Shown here in pieces: positions 36,324 through 46,048 of a DNA stretch of 64,000 bases. The position numbers were made by a program, and so were the translations under genes. The notes under the pieces were generated by a model that searched no databases, was not told the origin of the DNA, and worked only from the letters and a program-made list of their open reading frames with translations. Every line of letters starts with the position of its first letter. Position 1 is the stretch's first letter. This stretch comes from a virus: IMG/VR virus record IMGVR_UViG_3300045988_080954; one strand, written 5' to 3'.

Positions 36324-36902
36324 ATGAATATTGATAAAGCAAAATTGAAATTAGGAATTTGGTACGAAGATGAGAATGGAAATGTGATTAATCAAAAAGA
36401 AGATTTAATGTGGGAAGCACCGGAAAAGGCAAGAACGTATCATTCTTGTTTCCCACTGCAAATAACGGAAAGCATTTATGCGGTACATAGCAAATCTCAA
36501 AAGGAAACGTGCAAACACAAAAGAAAATATTGGAAAAAGGATACAGGTCTGATAAAGGGATTAAAAGGCCATATATGCACTAATTGTGGGTGTAGCCAAA
36601 CAAGAAAGTGGTGGCAACCATGGGGAAGAAAATGGGATTATGGAACGGGTACTACGCCACTTATTGACTTACATACAAGTATTGGAGGCGGGAATCAAGA
36701 TGTCATAATGGCAATGGTAAGCAGCGGAGATTATACACTACAGGAAGCACTCGTTGTTTTTTCTACGGCCTGTGAAAGATGTATGAATGTGCTTACATAC
36801 AAGTATTTGAATGGAGCGGATGGATATGAAGAATATTCAGACGAGTGGAAAAAATGCAATACTGAATGCGATTTTTGTAAGATTAAGGAGGACACAAAAT
36901 GA
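36324..36902 (+). CDS. Cys-rich hypothetical protein (192 aa)
   Basis: Co-oriented ORF; CTNCGC and CERC motifs. Confidence 0.5.
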   Translation: MNIDKAKLKLGIWYEDENGNVINQKEDLMWEAPEKARTYHSCFPLQITESIYAVHSKSQKETCKHKRKYWKKDTGLIKGLKGHICTNCGCSQTRKWWQPWGRKWDYGTGTTPLIDLHTSIGGGNQDVIMAMVSSGDYTLQEALVVFSTACERCMNVLTYKYLNGADGYEEYSDEWKKCNTECDFCKIKEDTK

Positions 36903-37186
36903 AATTCAAAAGTAATGCTAAGTATAACGAAGAACCAAAAACTGGAAGTATTTTCGCCTTGAAATACAATTCTTTAAAAATCGTTATTCACAAATACGTT
37001 GGCTATGGAGATACGCTGTTCCTTAACTGTAACACATTGGGTATTTACAACTACAATCTTGGAACAGAGGATTTTGAGGAAGCTGTCAGCAAAACGAAAG
37101 AAGTTGTCATGCGTGAAGTTAAGAAAATCAGAGAGGATTCATACAGATTCTGTTCAGACAACAATATTGAATTTGATAGATATTAG
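36899..37186 (+). CDS. hypothetical protein (95 aa)
   Basis: ATGA overlap with the upstream gene. Confidence 0.5.
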   Translation: MKFKSNAKYNEEPKTGSIFALKYNSLKIVIHKYVGYGDTLFLNCNTLGIYNYNLGTEDFEEAVSKTKEVVMREVKKIREDSYRFCSDNNIEFDRY

Positions 37187-37195
37187 GAGGACGTA

Positions 37196-37552
37196 ATGAC
37201 AGAGCAGGAAAAGAAAGAACTTCTGGACGAAATTGAAAAGCGCATGGACGAGAAATACAAAGGTTGCCTTACCAGAGAAGACGTCGCAACCACATTAAAG
37301 ACACCAAGAGAAAAGTGGTTCAAAGACGAGAACGGGAACGGAAGCCATTCTCTTATGACAGGAGCTTTCGATTCTTCTATTATCTCGTGGCAGGTCTGGG
37401 AAACAATCAGAAAGTTGACTTGTGTTATCTGCGGTAAGCAGTATGTTAGACAGCTTGCAAATGTAGAGAATGCAGATGAGGTTGCAGAGAAGCTTTGCCA
37501 GTTTGTCTATGATTTAAAGATGGGATTTAAAGAGCAGGAGGACGAAAAATGA
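37196..37552 (+). CDS. hypothetical protein (118 aa)
   Basis: RBS AGGAGGA. Confidence 0.5.
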   Translation: MTEQEKKELLDEIEKRMDEKYKGCLTREDVATTLKTPREKWFKDENGNGSHSLMTGAFDSSIISWQVWETIRKLTCVICGKQYVRQLANVENADEVAEKLCQFVYDLKMGFKEQEDEK

Positions 37553-37710
37553 GTTATTGTAACGGAACTTGTGAGTATCTAAATGTCAGAAAACACAAAT
37601 GCGAATTGACAGGAGAAAAACTCACATACATGAAACAGAGTTGTGGAATCGAATATTCAGTGCATGAACACAGAGGATTCTGTGAGAAAGATAAGGAGGA
37701 CGCAAAATGA
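37549..37710 (+). CDS. small Cys-rich protein (53 aa)
   Basis: Below the cutoff. ATGA overlaps at both ends. Product MSYCNGTCEYLNVRKHKCELTGEK... Confidence 0.35.
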   Translation: MSYCNGTCEYLNVRKHKCELTGEKLTYMKQSCGIEYSVHEHRGFCEKDKEDAK

Positions 37711-38072
37711 AATTATATTTCTACATTTTGGACAGGAATGAAAAATTTAATCCAGAAACCAGAACATTTGAGAAGCCTGTTTTCAAAATAAGAGCTGAAG
37801 AATGCGAGGTAATCGAGAAACCAAAAACTTACAGAGCATTAACCAAGTTCCCAGAAGGACTTTATATTGGATACGTGAGTAAGGATAATATTGGAAAAAT
37901 TCTTGATTCTTTAACAGAGTACATTGTGTTGAAAGAACCAAATTATCAGTTCGTAAAAGAAAAATTCTTAGAAAAATATAACATTGAAATCAGCAGACTC
38001 AAAAAAGCAATCGTTATGTACGAAAATAAGATAGCTGCGGTTGAGAATTACAAGGAGGACACAAAATGTTAA
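37707..38072 (+). CDS. hypothetical protein (121 aa)
   Basis: RBS AAGGAGGA. Confidence 0.5.
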   Translation: MKLYFYILDRNEKFNPETRTFEKPVFKIRAEECEVIEKPKTYRALTKFPEGLYIGYVSKDNIGKILDSLTEYIVLKEPNYQFVKEKFLEKYNIEISRLKKAIVMYENKIAAVENYKEDTKC

Positions 38073-38305
38073 TCAGAAGTCAGGATAAAAGAATGATTGT
38101 AAATTTCGACAATATTTGCACAGTATCAGCCTTTCCTGAAAAGGATAGTGAGGATATCTATGTCGAAGATGGCACAGGCTCACTCATAGTCGGAAGATAT
38201 TCCACCAAAGCAAAAGCCATGAAAGTACTGGATATGATTCAGGAAGCCTATGTAAACGGGCATATTGATTATCAGATGCCAGATGATAGTGAGGTGGTTG
38301 TATGA
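38066..38305 (+). CDS. hypothetical protein (79 aa)
   Basis: RBS AAGGAGGA. Confidence 0.5.
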   Translation: MLIRSQDKRMIVNFDNICTVSAFPEKDSEDIYVEDGTGSLIVGRYSTKAKAMKVLDMIQEAYVNGHIDYQMPDDSEVVV

Positions 38306-38606
38306 AGTACAGAAAGAAGCCAGTTGTAATTGATGCAGTACAGTGGACTGGTACAAATAAGCGAGAAATATTTGATTTTCTAACAAATGGCAATTGTCCG
38401 GTGAGTATACGACATCTGATTTTCCGATTGTATCTGACAACTTCTACATCGACAAATGGAAGGTTCCAGGCGGTCTGGTTATTAAGACACTCGAGAGCGA
38501 ACATCTGTCGAATATTGGTGATTATATCATCCGCGATGTTCACTGTGAATTTTATCCGTGCAAGCCAGATATATTCAGAGAAACTTATGAGGAGGTGGAA
38601 GCATGA
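38302..38606 (+). pseudogene. small phage protein split over two frames (frameshift near 38385-38400)
   Basis: The N-part [27 protein letters not shown] (frame of 38302) and the C-part ...[30 protein letters not shown] (frame of 38394, -1) together resemble one common phage protein of about 100 aa. After the junction the first frame reads like noise. Confidence 0.45.
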
Positions 38607-39109
38607 ATAAGCTTGTATTGGACGCTACGTGCGGTTCAAGAATGATCTGGTTCAACAAAAATAATGAGTTAGCTGTTTTTGTGGATAAGCGTGAATTGGA
38701 TTGCGAGGCAATATGGACGAGTGGAAGCGGGCAAGCTACAAGGTACTGCAACATTCACCCTGACGTTATGGCAGATTTTACGGATCTTCCGTTTGAGGAC
38801 AACACTTTCTATCATGTTGTGTTTGACCCACCACATCTTATTCAGGGCGGAGATAATTCATGGATGGTAAAAAAATACGGGAAACTTAATAAGAATACAT
38901 GGAAGCAGGTATTGCATGATGGCTTTTTTGAGTGTATGCGTGTATTAAAGCCCTATGGCACATTGATTTTTAAATGGAACGAAGTGCAAATTCCTGTAAA
39001 AGATGTAATTGCAGCTATCGGAGTAGAGCCGCTGTATGGTAATAGATCTGGCAAACAGGGAAAAACACACTGGATGGCATTCATAAAGACTGAGGAGATG
39101 GAAGTATGA
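38603..39109 (+). CDS. SAM-dependent (probably DNA) methyltransferase (168 aa)
   Basis: Motif I-like [13 protein letters not shown] and motif IV-like VVFDPPHL. Confidence 0.6.
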   Translation: MNKLVLDATCGSRMIWFNKNNELAVFVDKRELDCEAIWTSGSGQATRYCNIHPDVMADFTDLPFEDNTFYHVVFDPPHLIQGGDNSWMVKKYGKLNKNTWKQVLHDGFFECMRVLKPYGTLIFKWNEVQIPVKDVIAAIGVEPLYGNRSGKQGKTHWMAFIKTEEMEV

Positions 39110-39220
39110 TTACATTCTTATTAGGACTTACACTTGGAATCATAGTCGGAGTGGTCGGTCTTGCATGCGTAGCGATCATGTACGACAAGCACCACTCAGA
39201 CAAATAGAAAGGAGAACGGT

Positions 39221-39535
39221 ATGCTGACAAGGAATAAGAAGCTGAAAGATTACGGTATTCTGGCTGAAGACATTGAAAAACTGAATACGATGCTGAAAGA
39301 CTTCCCGGCAGAGTACGGATACCTGCTTTCCAGTGCCGCCTTGTCAGCCTGCCCGAAAAACACGGTGATAGCGGATATGGTTATTGATAATATCCTACAC
39401 CGGAAAAGTTACAGAAAAATCAGCAGAGAAAGATATATCCCGATGAACCCGAAAGACTTCTACGGATACAGGCGCAAGACCGTCGCTGTACTGTATGAGA
39501 GAATGCGGTTGTTGGGAGTGTGGGAGGATGAATAA
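39221..39535 (+). CDS. hypothetical protein (104 aa)
   Basis: RBS AAAGGAGAA. Confidence 0.45.
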   Translation: MLTRNKKLKDYGILAEDIEKLNTMLKDFPAEYGYLLSSAALSACPKNTVIADMVIDNILHRKSYRKISRERYIPMNPKDFYGYRRKTVAVLYERMRLLGVWEDE

Positions 39536-39781
39536 ATGCGTTTAATTGATGCAGACAAAATAATTGACTCTCTTGGAATTTCGGATATGGATTTTGCAAT
39601 AGGTGCAGTTATTGACGAACAACCGACAGTTTTTGATGTAGATAAGGTTGTGGAGCAGTTGGAAACAAGAAAGACAAGAGCTGCTGCATTACAGAAGGAA
39701 AATATATCAGAGTATTTCGAGGGTGAAACTGATGCGTTTGAATTTGCAATCAAAATCGTGAAAGGTGGCGGAGTTGAATGA
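39536..39781 (+). CDS. hypothetical protein (81 aa)
   Basis: Starts directly after the upstream stop. Confidence 0.45.
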   Translation: MRLIDADKIIDSLGISDMDFAIGAVIDEQPTVFDVDKVVEQLETRKTRAAALQKENISEYFEGETDAFEFAIKIVKGGGVE

Positions 39782-40200
39782 GAGAGATTCTTTTTAAGGC
39801 AAAGAGGATTGATAACGGCGAATGGGTTGAGGGATATTACTTAAGAGATCAATATCACATAGGGGGAAAGGACATTATTTTTTATCGAAAGGATTCAGAT
39901 CGGTTTACAGTATATACCAATATAATTGATATAGAAACCATCTGCCAGTTCACGGGACTGACCGACAAGAACGGGAATAAAATTTGGGAAAATGATATAT
40001 TTCAATACACAGATGAAACAATGGTAACTCAAAAAGATTTAATCGAATATAACGAAACCCATGCGTCATTTGTACGACTTCGCAATACAGAGAAGTTAGG
40101 TTTGCAATACTTATGGATTGATGAAGCTACTTGTAATCATGGAGAGGTTATTGGAAATATCTTCGATAATCCAGAATTGTTACAGGAGGAACACAAATGA
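39778..40200 (+). CDS. YopX-family protein (140 aa)
   Basis: ILFKAKRIDNGEWVEGYY...CQFTGLTDKNGNKIWENDI...GNIFDNPELL matches the recalled YopX pattern. Confidence 0.65.
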   Translation: MREILFKAKRIDNGEWVEGYYLRDQYHIGGKDIIFYRKDSDRFTVYTNIIDIETICQFTGLTDKNGNKIWENDIFQYTDETMVTQKDLIEYNETHASFVRLRNTEKLGLQYLWIDEATCNHGEVIGNIFDNPELLQEEHK

Positions 40201-40439
40201 GTAGCGCAAGCGTAAGATTCGGAACAAAAGCGTATGTATGTGCAAGGTACTTCCTTAGACCGGGAAAGTGCTTCAAATACATCGACCAGCGTGCCGAAGA
40301 TACCACAGAACACGTCTATGAGGTCATAGCATTATATCCTTATTGTGTATTGTTAAGAGATACAAGAAACGGAGTCAGAATTTGCCCGGGATATAACGTT
40401 TTGAGCCTGATGCTGAGAGGAAGTGAAGCGAGTGAGTAA
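40197..40439 (+). CDS. hypothetical protein (80 aa)
   Basis: ATGA overlap. Confidence 0.45.
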   Translation: MSSASVRFGTKAYVCARYFLRPGKCFKYIDQRAEDTTEHVYEVIALYPYCVLLRDTRNGVRICPGYNVLSLMLRGSEASE

Positions 40440-40587
40440 AGGCAAAGATATTTCTACTATGTTTACAAGAGAAGAAAACAAAAAGAACGGAAGACTTGGA
40501 TATTGTCAGGCTACAAGAGAAAAAGACACTATCATTAGCCCTTCGCAATATGGAGCATTCTTGCAGAAAAGAGGTAAGAGAAGATGA
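40432..40587 (+). CDS. small basic protein (51 aa)
   Basis: Below the cutoff. GTG start overlaps the upstream stop; its stop overlaps the next ATG. Confidence 0.3.
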   Translation: MSKGKDISTMFTREENKKNGRLGYCQATREKDTIISPSQYGAFLQKRGKRR

Positions 40588-40859
40588 GCAAGTCAGTATT
40601 AGTGATTGATACACCAGAGGACTGCGGAAAATGTAAATTTATAAGCGGATTTTGGTGCAGAGCAATGGATGATAGGAGAGTTTCAAACAATGATGTAATC
40701 CCTGGCTGGTGTCCATTGAAGCCATTGCCGGAGGAGAAAGAAGAGGAATATTGGAGAAGTAAACTTAGTCTTGCATGGATTCGAGGTTGGAACACTTGTA
40801 TTAGCAAAATTACAGGAGGCGAAGCAGATGGAGAGATTAACAGATTATTCAGACGATGA
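40584..40859 (+). CDS. Cys-containing hypothetical protein (91 aa)
   Basis: DCGKCKF...WCPLKPLP. Confidence 0.45.
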   Translation: MSKSVLVIDTPEDCGKCKFISGFWCRAMDDRRVSNNDVIPGWCPLKPLPEEKEEEYWRSKLSLAWIRGWNTCISKITGGEADGEINRLFRR

Positions 40860-41259
40860 ATGCACATATATCATTGGCGTTGGGAATAAAACTTGCGAAG
40901 AATTTTGTAAATACGTAGTAGATGGATGCAGGAATTGCTATATCCAACAAGCGTTTAAAAAACTTGCTGACTATGAAGACTTGGAAGACCAGGGCTTGCT
41001 TGTGAGATTGCCAGTTAATAAGAATAATGAAATATATATCATATCTTCCAGATGGACAGTCTGCTCAGAATGCGGTTCAAGATTTGATGAATACAGTTGT
41101 AGTGGCTGCGAATACGAATGCGATAGTAAAAAAGAATATTATGTGTATCCAACTTATCTTTCGCTTATAGATGTAACCACTTATGCTAACCAATTTGGGA
41201 AAACAATATTTCTTACGTACGAAGAAGCTAAGAAGAAGCTGGAGGAGATGAAAAAATGA
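40828..41259 (+). CDS. Cys-rich hypothetical protein (143 aa)
   Basis: ATG at 40828 follows AGGAGG. Multiple CxxC motifs (CSECGS, CSGCEYEC). Confidence 0.45.
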   Translation: MERLTDYSDDECTYIIGVGNKTCEEFCKYVVDGCRNCYIQQAFKKLADYEDLEDQGLLVRLPVNKNNEIYIISSRWTVCSECGSRFDEYSCSGCEYECDSKKEYYVYPTYLSLIDVTTYANQFGKTIFLTYEEAKKKLEEMKK

Positions 41260-41456
41260 CAATCGGAAAAAGAATTAGAGAGGTGCGTTTGCAAAATGAT
41301 ATGTCTCTCAGAGATTTTGCAGAACTTATCGAAGTTACTGATACCGCAGTCATGGAATGGGAGAAAGGAATCAGCAATATTCCGTTTGTGTGTGCGATAG
41401 AGATTGCTGACCGATTCGATGTGAAATTAAATTGGTTAGCCGGATTGGAGGATTAA
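41256..41456 (+). CDS. XRE-family HTH protein (66 aa)
   Basis: IREVRLQNDMSLRDFAELIEVTDTAVMEWEKG. Confidence 0.65.
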   Translation: MTIGKRIREVRLQNDMSLRDFAELIEVTDTAVMEWEKGISNIPFVCAIEIADRFDVKLNWLAGLED

Positions 41457-41457
41457 C

Positions 41458-41826
41458 ATGAAACCAGAAGAAGCATTAAAAGAATTAAGCTATGATGGCA
41501 CAGCCTATGGTGGTAACTGTACTTACGAAGTTAGAATGGTTGCAGTTAAGGCATTAAAAAAGCAGATTCCAATGAAAGTTTTGTACGAAGATGTAGGATA
41601 CGACCAATATCACGATGTTAATTTATATGCTTGCATCTGTCCGTCATGTGGACTGCATATTATTGGTTTTTCGGATGACGATGTAGATTCTAAATGCAAC
41701 AGCGATAACCCAGAAGATATGTTTCATTCCAGTATGGTACATCATGCATATATTGGCATGAATAATTATTGTAACAGATGCGGGCAGAAATTAGATTGGA
41801 GTGGAAAAGATGGCGTACAGCATTGA
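41458..41826 (+). CDS. zinc-finger hypothetical protein (122 aa)
   Basis: CPSCG...CNRCGQ. Confidence 0.45.
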   Translation: MKPEEALKELSYDGTAYGGNCTYEVRMVAVKALKKQIPMKVLYEDVGYDQYHDVNLYACICPSCGLHIIGFSDDDVDSKCNSDNPEDMFHSSMVHHAYIGMNNYCNRCGQKLDWSGKDGVQH

Positions 41827-42109
41827 TGAAAGTATTATTGCCAAAAGCATCAAGCATTACGGAGCAGAAATTCAGTCGACCGTCTGTATGGAGGAATGCG
41901 CAGAACTGATACAGGCGATCAGCAAAGCGAAGAGAGGAAAGTTTGATGAAAACAATATGACAGAAGAAATCGCAGATGTACTGATATGTGTTGAAACACT
42001 CAAGCAATTGTACAATATCTCAGATGAATATATCAGCAAATTGATATCATACAAGCAGAAAAGAGTAAAATGTGGATTGGAGAAATTCATTCGAAAATCA
42101 ATGCGGTAA
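41810..42109 (+). CDS. MazG-like nucleotide pyrophosphohydrolase (99 aa)
   Basis: CMEECAELIQAISKAKRG...MTEEIADVLICVE shows the E-x-x-E ... E-x-x-D helix pair. Confidence 0.55.
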   Translation: MAYSIDESIIAKSIKHYGAEIQSTVCMEECAELIQAISKAKRGKFDENNMTEEIADVLICVETLKQLYNISDEYISKLISYKQKRVKCGLEKFIRKSMR

Positions 42110-42146
42110 GGGTGGAAACGTCCTTACCAGACGGGAAGGTGGCTAA

Positions 42147-42974
42147 ATGACAAAAGTGAGTTGGATTCGATTAGAAATAGATATGTTCGACAACAAGAAA
42201 ATCCGGCATATCAGAAAACTTCCAGAGGGGAACAATATCGTGCTGATCTGGATGATGCTCCTGACGATGGCAGGACGTTGTAATTCAAACGGAATTATTT
42301 TTCTGGCAGAGAATATTCCGTATACAAACAAGATGCTGGCTGACGAACTGGATTTTGATGAAAGTGTGATCGAGCTTGCACTCACAATTCTTGAAAAGTT
42401 CGGCATGATAACCAGAGACGGAACATTGCTTTCAATTCCCGGATGGGAAGAACATCAGAACATTGACGGGCTTGAAAAAATCAGAGAGCAGACAAGAAAA
42501 CGAGTTGCTGAGCATAGAAAACGCCAGAAAGAATTGTCAGAAGAAGAATGTATGCCGGAAATTCCAGAACAGATTTCTTGTGAAAAAGATTTAGTCAAGC
42601 CCGGTGATGTGCAGAAAGTAGTCGATGAATGGAATAAGCTTCAGCAGTTCGGCATTCAGCCAGTCGTAAGAATGACGGCAAGGCGAACGCAAATGCTGAA
42701 AGCAAGAATCCGCGAATACGGCATGGACAAGGTAATGGAAGCAATTGAAAAAGTCAAAAAAAGTGATTTTCTGACAGGAAGAAAGAAAGATTTCATAATA
42801 ACTTTTGAATTTTTTATAAACCCTAATAAATTTATAAAAATACTCGAAGGGTTCTATGACAATAGAGATGAGGATGTGCATAATGGATTTAACAGAAAAA
42901 CTCAAAGAGATGTCAGCCCACTTATCCCCCTCGGAGAATGGGACGGAGGAGAATCAGATACCCCGTTCGCTTGA
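42147..42974 (+). CDS. phage replisome organiser / DnaD-like replication initiator (275 aa)
   Basis: VSWIRLEIDMFDNKKIRHIRKLPEGNNIVLIWMMLLTMAG matches the recalled replisome-organiser N-terminal domain. Confidence 0.7.
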   Translation: MTKVSWIRLEIDMFDNKKIRHIRKLPEGNNIVLIWMMLLTMAGRCNSNGIIFLAENIPYTNKMLADELDFDESVIELALTILEKFGMITRDGTLLSIPGWEEHQNIDGLEKIREQTRKRVAEHRKRQKELSEEECMPEIPEQISCEKDLVKPGDVQKVVDEWNKLQQFGIQPVVRMTARRTQMLKARIREYGMDKVMEAIEKVKKSDFLTGRKKDFIITFEFFINPNKFIKILEGFYDNRDEDVHNGFNRKTQRDVSPLIPLGEWDGGESDTPFA

Positions 42975-43716
42975 ATGCTCTGAATGCGGGGACAGCGGGT
43001 GGAGATGGGTAAGAGACGCAAGTGGTATTCCTTATTGTGAGGAATGCCCTTGCGGAATCAGAAAGAGAACAATCCTTGAAAATCAATTGAAATTCGCAGA
43101 GCTTCCAAACGTGTTTAAAGACTCAAATTTCAACGATCTGAAGTCAAATGTATATTTGAACGTCGAGAGCCGAAAAGTATTTTCTCAGGCGGCTCAGGCG
43201 GTAAATTACTGGTTTAAAAATCTTCCTGATATGCAGGAGAAAGGAATAGGGTTATATCTTTTCTCAAATGTAAAAGGTTCTGGCAAAACCAAAACAGTAT
43301 GCAGCTTGGCGAATGAAATCATGAAAAAATACCAGAAGCCTGTAAAATTCACCACGTCTCTCAGAATTCTTGATGAGATCAAGAACACATGGGGAGCTAA
43401 AGAGAATGCAGAGGGAAAGTTGATAGAGGATTTATCCAGAACAGAAATCCTTATCATCGACGACTTCGGTGCTGATTCTGGCAAGGACTGGATTAACGAA
43501 AGATTCTATAGCATTATCAACGGGCGGTATGTTGACAGGAAAATTACTATATTCACAAGTAACTGCCAGATTTCAGAGCTGAAATACGATGAGAGAATCA
43601 CAAACAGGATTCTGGAGCGGTCGCTCGAAATCCCTTTTCCAGAGGAATCTGTCAGGGAACATATCGCACAGAACTTGAGAATGCAGATGGTTCAGGGAAT
43701 AGGAAAGAAAGGGTGA
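42883..43716 (+). CDS. DnaC/IstB-like helicase loader ATPase (277 aa)
   Basis: N-terminal Cys4 (CSECGDSGW...CEECPCG). Walker A NVKGSGKTK. Walker B ILIIDDFG. Start approximate. Confidence 0.75.
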   Translation: MDLTEKLKEMSAHLSPSENGTEENQIPRSLECSECGDSGWRWVRDASGIPYCEECPCGIRKRTILENQLKFAELPNVFKDSNFNDLKSNVYLNVESRKVFSQAAQAVNYWFKNLPDMQEKGIGLYLFSNVKGSGKTKTVCSLANEIMKKYQKPVKFTTSLRILDEIKNTWGAKENAEGKLIEDLSRTEILIIDDFGADSGKDWINERFYSIINGRYVDRKITIFTSNCQISELKYDERITNRILERSLEIPFPEESVREHIAQNLRMQMVQGIGKKG

Positions 43717-43910
43717 GTAAGGCAGACTACGATATTACACCAGAAATGGTCGGGATGTGTCGGAATATAATCATGGATTACTGCCGGATGGCGAGTAACA
43801 AATGCGAGGATTGCGCTCTGAGAGTTACCTGCCAGCGCAGTTTTAAAATCCCGCCGTTCGCATGGAAGAAAGGGGGAATAATCAATGATGACGATAGCCG
43901 AGATGTATAA
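43713..43910 (+). CDS. Cys-containing hypothetical protein (65 aa)
   Basis: GTG start overlapping the upstream stop. Confidence 0.4.
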   Translation: MSKADYDITPEMVGMCRNIIMDYCRMASNKCEDCALRVTCQRSFKIPPFAWKKGGIINDDDSRDV

Positions 43911-44100
43911 GCGTTCCGGCGGCTCAGCATACAAACATACATGTGCGGAGTGCAGGTTTTACCGGGACGGCAAGAGAGTAGGGAAATGCCTGTTGTACGG
44001 CGACAATGGAGCTTGGTACGGACGGTACATAGCTTGCAAGTTTTTCAATCTGGAGGACGACATGCCGGACGGGCAGATGAATATTTTTGATTATGTGTGA
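43885..44100 (+). CDS. Cys-containing hypothetical protein (71 aa)
   Basis: CAECRF...C..Y motifs. Confidence 0.4.
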   Translation: MMTIAEMYKRSGGSAYKHTCAECRFYRDGKRVGKCLLYGDNGAWYGRYIACKFFNLEDDMPDGQMNIFDYV

Positions 44101-44310
44101 ATATAATCTAATGAGGTGATTGAATGGAAAAAGCTATTTTGATGGCAATAAATGAAAGACTTTACAAACTCGGATTGATTGATGAAGATACAAAAAACAA
44201 AGTAACTGCTGAAATTAATACTACAAAATAACAAAAAACTATTGAACGGAGCCGGAAAATGTGATTATAATAATTCTGACTCCGTTCCTTAGTTGGAAGG
44301 GAGAAAGTAT

Positions 44311-46026
44311 ATGAACATATATCATGCAAGAGAAACACTCAGAACGTGCTCTATTTACGATTTAAAGTTAAGAGTTGCATACTACGCAAGAGTCAGCACT
44401 GATCGAGCCGAACAGCAGGTGTCTATAAGCCACCAGACAGAGTATTTTGAAAATCTGATACGTTCAAATCCTAACTGGGAATTTGTGGGCGCATATGTGG
44501 ATGACGGAATTTCCGGAATGCACGCAGAAAAAAGAGAAGATTTTCAAAATATGCTTCGTGATGCAAAGGCTGGGAAAATTGATATGATTATCACGAAAGA
44601 AATATCCAGATTTGCCAGAAACACACTTGACAGTATAAAATATACAAGAGAATTGCTTTCATGTGGTGTATGCGTGTGGTTTCAGAACGACGGAATTAAC
44701 ACGATTGATGAAGACAGCGAGCTTCGATTGACCATCATGGCAGGTGTAGCTCAGGACGAGTTGAGAAAACTTTCAAGTCGTGTAAAATTCGGTCATGCCA
44801 GATCAATACAGAATGGCGTTGTGCTTGGAAACAGAATCTATGGATATAAGAAGAAGGACGGTAAACTCACTGTCATTCCAGAAGAAGCAGAAATGGTGCG
44901 TATGATATTCAGAGACTATGCAGCCGGCGTTTCGACTCCTAAAATTGAAAAAAAGCTCTGGGATATGGGGTACAGAAATTCTAAGGGAAGCAAAATTGAT
45001 AGGAATGTTATCAGACATATCATCAAGAATCCCAAATATAAAGGATACTTCTGCGGAGGAAAAGTGAAGATCGTAGACATGTTTACGAAGAAACAAGAGT
45101 TCATACCGGAATCCGAATGGATAATGTTCAAGGATGACGGAAGCCGAGTGCCACAGATTATAGATGAAGAGACATGGGAAAAAGCTAATCAGTATATGAC
45201 CATGCGTGGTGATGCCATAAAAACCAGAAGAACTTCATTTAAGAGTGAAAATCTCTTTACTGGAATGATTTTTTGCTCAAATGACAATGCACCATATTGG
45301 TTGAAACAACATTATATTAGGGGAAAAGAAGATGTGAGATGGGTGTGTAGTCATAAAATCAAGAATGGAGCTGCTTCTTGCAATTCGTTCGGAATCAAGG
45401 AATCGGAACTGAAAATAATGGTTTCCGACCTCATAAATGAATCATCGTGCAATATAGAAGAAGTCATAAAAAAATATCTGGAGTTGTTAAGAAGAGCTAT
45501 AGATAATAAACCTGATTCTAAAGCAGAGATTGACAGGCTTCAAAAGCAGATTGAGTCTATTAATAAAAAGAAAGAAAAAATTCTGGAATACAATCTTGAC
45601 GGTAATATTTCTGATGAGGAATTTATTCAGAGAAATAAGGGATACAATGAGCAAATCCAGAAATTAAATTCTCAAATTTCAGATTTAACGCCGAATCAAG
45701 ATGATTTTGTTTCAGCAGAAATGCAATTCAAAAACATAATTGATACTTTAAAGAAGTTTAACGGAGTTGAGTCAGAAGACATAAACAGGCAGATAGTAGA
45801 GGAACTTTTTGAAAAGATTGTAGTAAAATCGTTTGAAGGAAATAAGGCAACTTTAACTTTTTATTTGAAGACAGGAGAAGTAAAAAAAAAGCAAGTTAGC
45901 ATGAGTTGTTCTGAATACATGTTATTTAACATTATCCCCGAACGACACAAACGGTTTTATAGGAAAACTTGCATTTCTGGAGCGAGCGAAATTGCATTTA
46001 ACTATGAATATAGAATGGTAATCTAA
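44311..46026 (+). CDS. large serine recombinase (integrase-type, 571 aa)
   Basis: YYARVSTDRAEQQVSISHQ (catalytic Ser context), ITKEISRFARN and the resolvase core, followed by a recombinase domain, a Cys cluster and a C-terminal coiled coil. Confidence 0.9.
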   Translation: MNIYHARETLRTCSIYDLKLRVAYYARVSTDRAEQQVSISHQTEYFENLIRSNPNWEFVGAYVDDGISGMHAEKREDFQNMLRDAKAGKIDMIITKEISRFARNTLDSIKYTRELLSCGVCVWFQNDGINTIDEDSELRLTIMAGVAQDELRKLSSRVKFGHARSIQNGVVLGNRIYGYKKKDGKLTVIPEEAEMVRMIFRDYAAGVSTPKIEKKLWDMGYRNSKGSKIDRNVIRHIIKNPKYKGYFCGGKVKIVDMFTKKQEFIPESEWIMFKDDGSRVPQIIDEETWEKANQYMTMRGDAIKTRRTSFKSENLFTGMIFCSNDNAPYWLKQHYIRGKEDVRWVCSHKIKNGAASCNSFGIKESELKIMVSDLINESSCNIEEVIKKYLELLRRAIDNKPDSKAEIDRLQKQIESINKKKEKILEYNLDGNISDEEFIQRNKGYNEQIQKLNSQISDLTPNQDDFVSAEMQFKNIIDTLKKFNGVESEDINRQIVEELFEKIVVKSFEGNKATLTFYLKTGEVKKKQVSMSCSEYMLFNIIPERHKRFYRKTCISGASEIAFNYEYRMVI

Positions 46027-46048
46027 TATACAAAGAGGAATGGAGTCG

